Assembly: GCA_963666835.2 (NCBI GenBank)
Contig: CAXXGO010000002.1
Location: 1 to 12,842 of the forward strand
Source: Phycisphaerae bacterium
GTDB lineage: Bacteria; Planctomycetota; Phycisphaerae; UBA1845
Reading direction: 5' to 3'
DNA: 12,842 nucleotides
Every line of letters starts with the position of its first letter. Position 1 is the stretch's first letter. The notes beneath the pieces were generated by a model. That model was not told the origin of the DNA. It saw nothing but the letters and a program-made list of their open reading frames with translations, and ran no database searches. The position numbers and the translations under genes are program-made. Below are positions 1 to 6,646 of the stretch, piece by piece.

Positions 1-1423
1 TCACTACAGCCGACTTTCCTCGATCAGTATAACTAGCGCGCGGACAGGTCATGTGCAAAACAACGATGACCGGGTCGTAGGCATCGACGTACTGGTCTGC
101 AAGAAGCGTGTCACAACTTAGCCCACCCGGTCCCAGTTTTCGGAATGGGTTTATGATCCCCGGTGACCAATTCACGCCGGTAACCAAACGCCGACACTCG
201 GTCGCGCTGTCGATCCAACCGAAGGCCGCCTCGATGATCCACGGCACACCGTTCGTCGTGTCAGAGGCTTTCGCATACACGAACGAATCGCGCTCGCAGC
301 CAGCAGCCTCAAACCGCTGCATGAGATGCACTTTGCCGATAATCCCCAGTTTGGCGGGTCCGACGGGCTTCGTGTGGCGTTGCATGGCTTTCAGGATTCT
401 AGCGGTCACGGCGTGGGCCAGATCCCCGTCGCGAACGAGACCGGACAGGTGGATGCCTGCGAGCTTAGTGTCCGCCAGCACGGCCTTCTGCTTGGCTGTT
501 CCACTCAACCCTCCAAACTCGCTTACGAACTCGCGGACGGTCCGGTCGGAATCGTGCTGCCTGTCATGCATGATGTACGCGCGGATGAGCCGCTCGAGCT
601 GCTCCAGGTCATACCAGTGGGGGCATGTCGGTTTGTCGGGAGTCCATTTGTTCCACCCCGGGTCCAGCGGCGCGATATGGCAGCGTTCACCGAACCAATC
701 GACCGTAAGATCCAAATGGGGGTTCAACCACGTGTAGTCATCCGCGATCTGTAAAAACCGCTCGCGTGCGCCCTCCAGGATTGAACAGGATGAACCGGGC
801 CAATGAACGGTGATACAAGTGCCGGTTTTTACATCAGGGGCCGTCGCCGTCGTGTGAACTGGAGCCGGATCCTGCGTGAGATCACCCACGTTCAGGATGA
901 TTCGATGACGCACTCCCGCAGCAGCGATTTCTACTTGGCCGCGGCTGCCATCAAGCACCGACGGGATCGCCAGAATCGTCTTCATGGCGTTGCCCTGGGC
1001 TCCACGATCGGGGGCGACGTACGCCTCTCGGCTCGACGTTCGGACACCGAAATCCAGGAAACCCTCTATCGTCTCGGCAGGTATGCCCGGCCCGTTGTCA
1101 GCAATGGTGATGCCCTCTTCGTTCACCGTGACGACAATCTCCGGCGCAATCCCCGCCTCTTCGCAGGCATCAAGGCCGTTGTCCACGAGTTCCTTCAGAA
1201 TGACCAACGGCCAATCCGACTTCTGGTGGCCGGTCTGAGCGGTAAGCTCCTTCTCGGAAAAGAAGTCGAGACGACGACTGGTAACAAACGCCACGCGATC
1301 CAGCCGCGTCTCTTTGCCGTCCTTTGCAGCGGGCCGGCGCGCCTTCGATCTCGCTTTCGCATTGGCGCCCGGAGGCGCCTTGCCCTTGCGTACGGGCCTA
1401 TCGTCATTCACGATCCTCTTCAA
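1..1423 (-). CDS. GHKL ATPase, type IIB topoisomerase B-subunit-like (Topo VI-B / Topo VIII-B); 3' end runs off the window
   Basis: Not in the ORF track because it has no stop in the window; translated by hand. TTG start at 1423 lies 7 nt after SD AAAGGAGA (alternative GTG at 1411). Motifs in order: RLDRVAFVTSRRLDFFSEKELTAQTGH; N-box LKELVDNGLDACEE (about 1160-1198); G1 DNGPGIP; G2 RGAQGNAMK; G3 GTCI; H2TH-like RTVREFVSEFGGLSGTAKQK; GVNWSP; HMTCPRASYTDRGKSAVV, resembling the Topo VI-B transducer switch-lysine motif. Confidence 0.88.
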   Translation of the reverse strand, partial: MKRIVNDDRPVRKGKAPPGANAKARSKARRPAAKDGKETRLDRVAFVTSRRLDFFSEKELTAQTGHQKSDWPLVILKELVDNGLDACEEAGIAPEIVVTVNEEGITIADNGPGIPAETIEGFLDFGVRTSSREAYVAPDRGAQGNAMKTILAIPSVLDGSRGQVEIAAAGVRHRIILNVGDLTQDPAPVHTTATAPDVKTGTCITVHWPGSSCSILEGARERFLQIADDYTWLNPHLDLTVDWFGERCHIAPLDPGWNKWTPDKPTCPHWYDLEQLERLIRAYIMHDRQHDSDRTVREFVSEFGGLSGTAKQKAVLADTKLAGIHLSGLVRDGDLAHAVTARILKAMQRHTKPVGPAKLGIIGKVHLMQRFEAAGCERDSFVYAKASDTTNGVPWIIEAAFGWIDSATECRRLVTGVNWSPGIINPFRKLGPGGLSCDTLLADQYVDAYDPVIVVLHMTCPRASYTDRGKSAVV

Positions 1424-1437
1424 CGTGCGTTCTCCTT

Positions 1438-1608
1438 TCAGTGCGTTAGCTGTTGCATGGCGCGCTTTGCGTTTTCCAGGTGAACTCGGATTGCTCGTTG
1501 CGTTGGGCGGACACACGGAATCAGCCCGCTACGGCGCCACGTTTGCACCGTACCCGCCTTGCATCGAAGCCCATGGGCCGGGTTTGGCGGGTTGACCAAG
1601 TCTGCCAT
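1438..1608 (-). CDS. 56-aa excisionase-like (HTH_17/MerR-type) DNA-binding protein
   Basis: Below the ORF-track cutoff. MADLVNPPNPAHGLRCKAGTVQTWRRSGLIPCVRPTQRAIRVHLENAKRAMQQLTH*. SD GGAGG (1622-1618) is 9 nt before the ATG. The pattern L-x-x-x-x-x-TV-x-x-W-x-x-x-G-x-IP-x-VR...IR is typical of excisionase-like proteins. The TGA overlaps the SD of the ATPase gene. The first helix is unusually proline-rich. Confidence 0.75.
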   Translation of the reverse strand: MADLVNPPNPAHGLRCKAGTVQTWRRSGLIPCVRPTQRAIRVHLENAKRAMQQLTH

Positions 1609-1617
1609 TGCACTACG

Positions 1618-1654
1618 CCTCCACGCAGGTTCTTCGTTACGACCTGCGGGGAAG
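1618..1654 (-). promoter_or_regulatory. mRNA hairpin sequestering the SD of the excisionase-like gene
   Basis: Minus-strand RNA CUUCCCCGCAGGU-(11 nt)-ACCUGCGUGGAGG: 12 of 13 positions pair (one G-U, one C/U mismatch), and the 3' arm contains the whole GGAGG. Confidence 0.55.
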
Positions 1655-1690
1655 ATTACGGCACGTCCAGGTGTGCCGTCGTGTACGCAT

Positions 1691-1733
1691 AGTGTGTGTT
1701 TTGGTGTGTATTTTGGTGTGTCTTAGTGTACGT
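1691..1733. repeat. Four tandem imperfect 10-12 bp direct repeats (RGTGTR core)
   Basis: AGTGTGTGTTTT / GGTGTGTATTTT / GGTGTGTCTT / AGTGTACGT. AT-rich relative to the flanks and overlapping the stop codon of the 474-aa gene. Confidence 0.75.
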
Positions 1734-3147
1734 GGCCTTCGGGCCAGACCAATCTGTATCCGCCCTTGCCCTTACCCCCCGGGAGGTGAATGACTTTCTC
1801 GAAGTCCTTGTCTTCCTGCAACTTAGTGAGGGCCCCGCGTGCTCCGCCGCAACCCTTCTCGAGCGTGTCCTTGTCCACGCCGTTGGGATATGCATCCACG
1901 AGTTTCTTGAGCGCCGTCCATCTCCCAATAGTAAGCGGCCCTTTCCGTTTCCCGAGGACAAAGACCGGTTCTCGCGGCTTGCCCATAACCACCGGACAAC
2001 CTGTGTTGTTGGGGGCAGCACACGTCGCATCTTCTTCGCCGGAAGCCCCAGACTCGTGTTGCTCCGTTGCCGTTGTGCTGGCAAGTTCTGGCGGCCCACC
2101 GTCCGTATTCGCAGGTGTATGGTCGGTCGAATACTCGCTATCAGCAATGATGTCCTCAAGGGCATACGATCCGGTTTCCAGCCTCGCGATTCCGTCCGTG
2201 GAGTCGAGAGCGCTGATCGCCGCGAACAGGTGCAGAATATCCTCGGGGATCATAGGTCCACAGTCGGGCCCACAAGAGGTCGAAATATCAAGCAAGAAAT
2301 AGAGAAAGGAAAGCCAATCCCACTCCCAGACATCCCTGCGATCACTAGATAAGAAGGCGTACGTTGCCAGCGTGTTCAGTGGGTCTGAAACCTCCGCAAT
2401 CGCGGCGACGACGGCCTTACCATGTACCCAGTGGCGTTGAGTGTCCTCAGCGATCGAAAGCTCGAACTGGACCGGGTCCCCCGCCCGGTGCTTCTCGTGT
2501 CGCGCAAGTGATTCGTGCTCCGCAGTGCAGAGTCTGGTCATGGCCTTCCCCAAGACGCCCAGCAGCCCGTACAGTAGTCTTCCGCACTTGATACGGTTGC
2601 GAATGATGCTCTCATCCAATTCTCTCACGGCACCGTGCATAAGACGCTCGTGGACGAAATACAGGGCGTTGACCTTCTGGATCCACCGTTCTCGGTCTTG
2701 CTGTTTGCCGTACCGCCTCCATTCGAAACTGCCTGTTGCCCAGTAGATCCAACCTACCGCCTCTCGCAGCCTCGTTTCGAGCGGCCCTGCCTCGCCTGGC
2801 CGCCCATATTCCGTCCACCTGCTGCTCCCCTTCGCCGCTCTGTACACTGCCCGACATGCGTCTTGAATCGTCTCGCACGTGGTCTTGTGGGCGTCACGTA
2901 TCTTGCGCTGCGCAGCCATGAGCTCGTGGCTGTCGAGCTCCCACGGGTCGCAACGGTCTCCAACAACATCGTACCAAGTCGCATCTGCCGCCCGTTCCAA
3001 ACTTTCTATGGCGTCAAGAAGGCGACTGAGCAACTCCTCCAGGATGTCCACCGGATGTGTTTGAACCAATCTGATCACGTTAGGCATGGTGAAACGACGG
3101 TCCGGCGCATGATCTTGCTTCGAGGGAACGGGCTTCTCTTCCGACAT
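1723..3147 (-). CDS. Hypothetical protein (474 aa): helical N-terminal region, acidic linker, probable C-terminal winged-helix DNA-binding domain
   Basis: Long ORF (track 1723..3225). The likely start is ATG 3147 (MSEEK), with AAAGGA 10 nt upstream. The C-terminal ~80 aa (VFVLGKRKGPLTIGRWTALKKLVDAYPNGVDKDTLEK...GKGGYRL) resembles an OmpR-type wHTH ending in GYRL. Function is inferred, not established. Confidence 0.7.
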   Translation of the reverse strand: MSEEKPVPSKQDHAPDRRFTMPNVIRLVQTHPVDILEELLSRLLDAIESLERAADATWYDVVGDRCDPWELDSHELMAAQRKIRDAHKTTCETIQDACRAVYRAAKGSSRWTEYGRPGEAGPLETRLREAVGWIYWATGSFEWRRYGKQQDRERWIQKVNALYFVHERLMHGAVRELDESIIRNRIKCGRLLYGLLGVLGKAMTRLCTAEHESLARHEKHRAGDPVQFELSIAEDTQRHWVHGKAVVAAIAEVSDPLNTLATYAFLSSDRRDVWEWDWLSFLYFLLDISTSCGPDCGPMIPEDILHLFAAISALDSTDGIARLETGSYALEDIIADSEYSTDHTPANTDGGPPELASTTATEQHESGASGEEDATCAAPNNTGCPVVMGKPREPVFVLGKRKGPLTIGRWTALKKLVDAYPNGVDKDTLEKGCGGARGALTKLQEDKDFEKVIHLPGGKGKGGYRLVWPEGHVH

Positions 3148-3355
3148 ACTCGCATGTTCCTTTGGAGGACGACCGGAGGCCCTTGCTGGCTGTTGTGCCG
3201 CAGGCCAGCGGCAGTCTCCGACCACTCATGTCAACCGCAGTAACGGGCGGCACTCACATTGCCGGCGCGGCCCACCATCACACGAATTCGACGAACAGAG
3301 GCAGCGGGACGACTGAAGAAGTACCGTGGCCAAGGACGGCCGTTGCTCGCAGCGG

Positions 3356-3432
3356 AAAAAACGCATCGTCCCGAGCCGGCTCCGCACCCCGCCATCTGTA
3401 AAAACCAAGGACGGGCGACGGAGATTCAGCAT
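3356..3432 (-). ncRNA. Candidate ~77-nt cis-antisense small RNA
   Basis: Starts 7 nt after a predicted -10. Folds as a rod (GCUG/CGGC, CUCCG/CGGAG, CGCC/GGCG, GUC/GAU) with loop CUUGGUUUUUACA and ends at a U6 tract (3361-3356). It is complementary to the SD and start of the + strand sORF at 3431. Confidence 0.45.
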
Positions 3433-3520
3433 GATCAAAACGTACGCAAACACCCAATCCTTGCAAGGGCCGTTTACCCCATTACGGCCACCTTACCAAT
3501 ACTGCCGACACCGCTGCTAA
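3431..3520 (+). CDS. 29-aa small ORF or truncated gene remnant
   Basis: GGAG (3420-3423) is 7 nt before the ATG; MIKTYANTQSLQGPFTPLRPPYQYCRHRC*. No recognisable domain. Confidence 0.3.
   Translation: MIKTYANTQSLQGPFTPLRPPYQYCRHRC
3439..3466 (-). promoter_or_regulatory. Putative sigma70 promoter for the antisense RNA / leftward operon
   Basis: Minus strand TTGCAA (3466-3461) - 16 nt - TACGTT (3444-3439). Confidence 0.45.
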
Positions 3521-3695
3521 CTCCTCCCCTTTTCCCCTTTCTCCCTACCAAACCGAAACGGGGAATCGGCGCGCCAGTGGCTTCGATCCCGATACCCGCA
3601 CATACTGGAGGAACTCCGCACGGCCCCCACGGTCCCCACCGCACCCGCGTTTGGAAGCCTCCTCCCCCGGGGGGCCGGCCAGATTATTCCGGGGG

Positions 3696-3730
3696 GTCCG
3701 ACCTAATCTGTCGTACCCCCCTGGTAGAAT
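3696..3730 (+). promoter_or_regulatory. WYL-regulator-like palindromic box plus extended -10 (copy 1)
   Basis: GTCCGAC-N7-GTCGTAC (3696-3716); TGTCGT-N10-TAGAAT (-10 at 3725-3730), preceded by TGn. Confidence 0.6.
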
Positions 3731-3806
3731 CGTGACACTGAACGCCCCCGGGCGACGGCGGTTGGCAGTAGACCTCTACATTGCCGCGACAACGGCCCGT
3801 TCGGGG

Positions 3807-3835
3807 TTGAACACGGGCGCGAAAGTCCGCATAAT
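3807..3835 (+). promoter_or_regulatory. Putative sigma70 promoter
   Basis: TTGAAC (3807-3812) - 17 nt - CATAAT (3830-3835), upstream of the helicase remnant. Confidence 0.55.
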
Positions 3836-3917
3836 GGTTCAGCAGGAGTGGACCTTGCGTAGCCAGGGGCAACCGGCCGCGCGACCGGCGGCTCCGTGGG
3901 GAGACAACGGGAGGTGT

Positions 3918-4142
3918 GTGCAGATCAGGTTGGGACACATAGTCGTTGGACCGTTCTTGCCCGAGCCGATCGAGGTAATCTCCGTGACGGAGATGGGAAG
4001 TTCGATCAAGTTGATCGGGAAGGGGCTCGCATCCGGACTGGTTCACGATCCCATCCTCGCCCCCGATCAGGGCCGATGCAGACGCCGTTTCGGACTCCGA
4101 AGGGCACAAGAGACTGGAGAAGCGCGTTTGGCCCCAACCTGA
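3918..4142 (+). pseudogene. 5' remnant of a probable SNF2-family (DUF3883-type) defence helicase gene
   Basis: GGGAGGT then GTG at 3918. VQIRLGHIVVGPFLPEPIEVISVTEMGSSIKLIGKGLASGLVHDPILAPDQ (to 4070) matches my recollection of the N-terminal GP(F/L)xPEP..V..MG..KLIG.GL.SG...DPIL domain of these large helicases. After 4070 the sequence stops looking like protein and reaches TGA at 4142. Confidence 0.55.
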
Positions 4143-4166
4143 TCTGTCGCACCGATGTGTTATAGC
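4132..4166 (+). promoter_or_regulatory. WYL-regulator-like box plus extended -10 (copy 2); likely cas operon promoter
   Basis: CCAACCTGATCTGTCGCACC (4134-4153) is 17/20 identical to 3698-3717. TGTCGC-N10-TATAGC (4161-4166), preceded by TGn, at the same spacing as copy 1. Confidence 0.6.
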
Positions 4167-4196
4167 TAGACCACGGTATGGCAAGGAGGCTTCGGT

Positions 4197-4301
4197 GTGC
4201 CTTTGATGAACGTCCGGGAGGTCGTGAGAGGGTATAACGCCAAGGCGACCTCACCTCTGCATTCGAACTCGCACGGACGCGCAACCCGGAGGTTTGCGTG
4301 A
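4197..4301 (+). CDS. Candidate 34-aa leader ORF overlapping the cas3 start
   Basis: AAGGAGG (4183-4189) is 7 nt before GTG 4197; (M)PLMNVREVVRGYNAKATSPLHSNSHGRATRRFA*. The TGA (4299-4301) overlaps the cas3 GTG (GTGA). Confidence 0.35.
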   Translation: MPLMNVREVVRGYNAKATSPLHSNSHGRATRRFA

Positions 4302-6646
4302 CAGACTTCTTCGGACATAGCGAAAACGACAATGGAAGCGGCCCGCGGGAACTTCTGGCCGACCATCTCACATACACTGCCCGACGCGCCGAACGCTACG
4401 CGTCCGCGTTGGGCTGTGGGGTGGAAGGCAGAATCGCCGGACTGCTTCACGACCTCGGCAAGTACGCCGACCAGTTTCAGCGGCGTCTCACCAACCCAAG
4501 GAGCGAGCCCGGCCGCGACCACTCATCGGTCGGAGCGATGCTGACTTCAGCGTGCTACAAGGAACAAGGGATTGCCGCGGCTCTGGCGATAGAAGGTCAT
4601 CACACCGGGTTGACCATGGTGACCGATTGGCGCAAGCTGGCCAGGCAGATTGGGGAACACGTTCAGGAACATCCGGAAGACTACACGGACTCCGACGTTC
4701 ACAAGCTTCTGAACCGCTGGAAAGCCGACGGCTTCGAGCTACCCAAACTCGATACTGTTACCCGGCCCCCAACCGGGCGAAGCGCCGCCGACATGCTCGA
4801 TGTGCGCATGCTGTTCTCGTGCTTGGTTGACGCGGATTTCGTTGAGACGGAGGCACACTTCGCAGGTAACGACGTGGATCGTCGAAGAAACCGGCCGGAG
4901 GGTCCGCCGTTGGACGCCCCGCGTGCCTTCAACGTGGCCATGGATACGATCAACAAGCTGACGAGCTCGTCCACCGCCGGCGATCGAATCCAGCAGACCC
5001 GTACGATCCTCGCCGATAGTTGCGTACACGCGGCCGCCGCCAACCCGCCTGGCGTTTTCACGCTGTCAGCCCCAACCGGCTCGGGAAAGACGCTCGCAAT
5101 GCTCGCCTTCGCCCTCCGCCATGCAATGGAGCACAGCCTTCGACGCGTTATTCTCGTCATGCCGTTCCTGAACATCATCGAGCAAACGGCGTCAGTCTAC
5201 CGGAGTCTATTCACAGCGGAGCGCGGTTTTCCGGAACATTACGTTATCGAAGATCACAGCAACGTGCGAGACGGCGAGATCAACGAAAAAGGCGCGGACG
5301 ATGGCGAAGCGGTCCGGACTGGCCGGTTGCTTGCTGAAAACTGGGACGCCCCGATCATCCTCACGACCAGCATTCAGTGCCTCGAATCCCTGATGTCCAA
5401 TCGGCCCGGCGCATGCCGCAAGCTCCACCGGCTGGCCAACAGCGTTATCCTGTTCGATGAGGTGCAGACTCTGCCACCGCACTTGGCCACCCTGACCTTG
5501 GCCACGCTTTCTCGTCTGTCCGAGCGGTTCGCCTCAACCGTTGTCTTCGCAACAGCCACCCAACCGGCCTTTGACCATCTGAGTGAGCAGGTGGAGGCGC
5601 TAGCACCTGGTGGTTGGAGACCGACGGAGATCGTACCGGACCCGCGTGACCTCTTTCGGAAAGCCACCGGTCGTGTGTGCGTTCATTGGGACCACGAAGC
5701 TCCAACGTCATGGGAGTCACTAGCGGATCAGATTCAGGGGACGGACCAGGTACTCTGCATCCTAAACTTGAAACGTCATGCCGCCGACCTTGCCACTACG
5801 CTCCAGGACCGCAACGCCGGCGGCCTGCTCCACCTCTCAACCAACATGTGCCAGGCGCACAGGCAGAGCACTTTGGAAGAGGTACGGTGCCGCCTTCGAT
5901 CGGGCGACCCCGTGAGGTTAATCGCTACGCAGTGCGTCGAGGCCGGGGTTGATCTCGATTTCCCCGAAGTGTTTCGCGCGTTGGGCCCCCTGGAGGCAAT
6001 CGCCCAGGCGGCCGGGAGATGCAACCGGCACGGTAGCCGACCGGAAGTCGGGCTCGTACATGTGTTTCGGCCGGACACCACGGATGGAAAGCGGCCATAC
6101 CCCGGCGGAGCGTATGCTCAGGCTGCGCAGGTTACCCAGAGCTTTCTGAGCAGCTTGCGCAGCGAGTGTCAACAACTCGACGATACGGAGATTCTCCACG
6201 ACGCCGACCGGCTTTCGAGCTACTTCCGCAAGTTCTATTCGCTTACCGGTGTCGCAGAAGAAGGAAAGGACCTGAAACACGCGATAGAGGCCTGCGACTT
6301 CGCTGCGGTCGCACGACACTATCGCCTGATTAACCAGGATTCGATTTGTGTCTTGGTGCCCCACGAGCCCAGTACGTTCGAGCTTCTAAGGGACGAGAGC
6401 ACAGAAGCCGAGCGGTTGTCGATCGACTTCGTTCGGGATTGGATCCGCCGGGCTCGACCCCACACGGTCAACCTCTGGCGGCCAGAATCAGACGACGCCC
6501 GTTGGGCTCACCTGGCCCCGATCCAATTCAGCCGGAGACGCCAAGTCGACAACGACGAGGCCGGGTGGTTCACCGCGCTGCCGGGCGCAAGCTACGACTG
6601 CTTGCTGGGTTTGAGGTTCGATGATGAAGACGTTCTCACAGTCTAG
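4298..6646 (+). CDS. cas3: CRISPR-associated helicase/nuclease Cas3 (HD + SF2 helicase), type I-C
   Basis: 782 aa. HD motifs LADHL, GLLHDLGKY, DHSS, IEGHHTGL, CLVDADF; Walker A APTGSGKT; DEVQ; ATATQP; ATQCVEAGVDLDFP; QAAGRCNRHG. SD GGAGG at 4288-4292. Confidence 0.97.
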   Translation: MTDFFGHSENDNGSGPRELLADHLTYTARRAERYASALGCGVEGRIAGLLHDLGKYADQFQRRLTNPRSEPGRDHSSVGAMLTSACYKEQGIAAALAIEGHHTGLTMVTDWRKLARQIGEHVQEHPEDYTDSDVHKLLNRWKADGFELPKLDTVTRPPTGRSAADMLDVRMLFSCLVDADFVETEAHFAGNDVDRRRNRPEGPPLDAPRAFNVAMDTINKLTSSSTAGDRIQQTRTILADSCVHAAAANPPGVFTLSAPTGSGKTLAMLAFALRHAMEHSLRRVILVMPFLNIIEQTASVYRSLFTAERGFPEHYVIEDHSNVRDGEINEKGADDGEAVRTGRLLAENWDAPIILTTSIQCLESLMSNRPGACRKLHRLANSVILFDEVQTLPPHLATLTLATLSRLSERFASTVVFATATQPAFDHLSEQVEALAPGGWRPTEIVPDPRDLFRKATGRVCVHWDHEAPTSWESLADQIQGTDQVLCILNLKRHAADLATTLQDRNAGGLLHLSTNMCQAHRQSTLEEVRCRLRSGDPVRLIATQCVEAGVDLDFPEVFRALGPLEAIAQAAGRCNRHGSRPEVGLVHVFRPDTTDGKRPYPGGAYAQAAQVTQSFLSSLRSECQQLDDTEILHDADRLSSYFRKFYSLTGVAEEGKDLKHAIEACDFAAVARHYRLINQDSICVLVPHEPSTFELLRDESTEAERLSIDFVRDWIRRARPHTVNLWRPESDDARWAHLAPIQFSRRRQVDNDEAGWFTALPGASYDCLLGLRFDDEDVLTV

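Larger units (their letters stand above)
1..3520. mobile_element. Part of a probable integrative mobile element (regulator - repeats - excisionase-like - topoisomerase-B-like module); boundaries not determined
   Basis: Gene content and order only. No integrase or att site is visible in the window. Confidence 0.55.

Noticed and set aside
108..1483. + strand ORFs 108..737, 326..754, 803..1483, 984..1238
   Set aside because: Antisense shadows of the minus-strand GHKL ATPase, which has clear family motifs; these ORFs have none.
1691..1733. Tandem repeats as a mini CRISPR array
   Set aside because: Units are 10-12 bp, non-palindromic and have no unique spacers.
1656..3243. Overlapping ORFs such as 1656..2165, 1696..2352, 1790..2302, 2635..3243
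   Set aside because: Alternative-frame or antisense shadows of the 474-aa gene in high-GC DNA, with no recognisable motifs.
3577..3602. tRNA T-arm-like GTGGCTTCGATCCCGATACCCGCACA as a possible att site
   Set aside because: The 5' T-stem does not pair, there is no CCA end or cloverleaf, and no second copy is in the window.
3259..3735. 158-aa + ORF, and the first ~90 codons of 3651..4142
   Set aside because: Pro/Arg-rich translation of C-rich regulatory DNA containing promoters and palindromes; only the part from 3918 looks like real protein.
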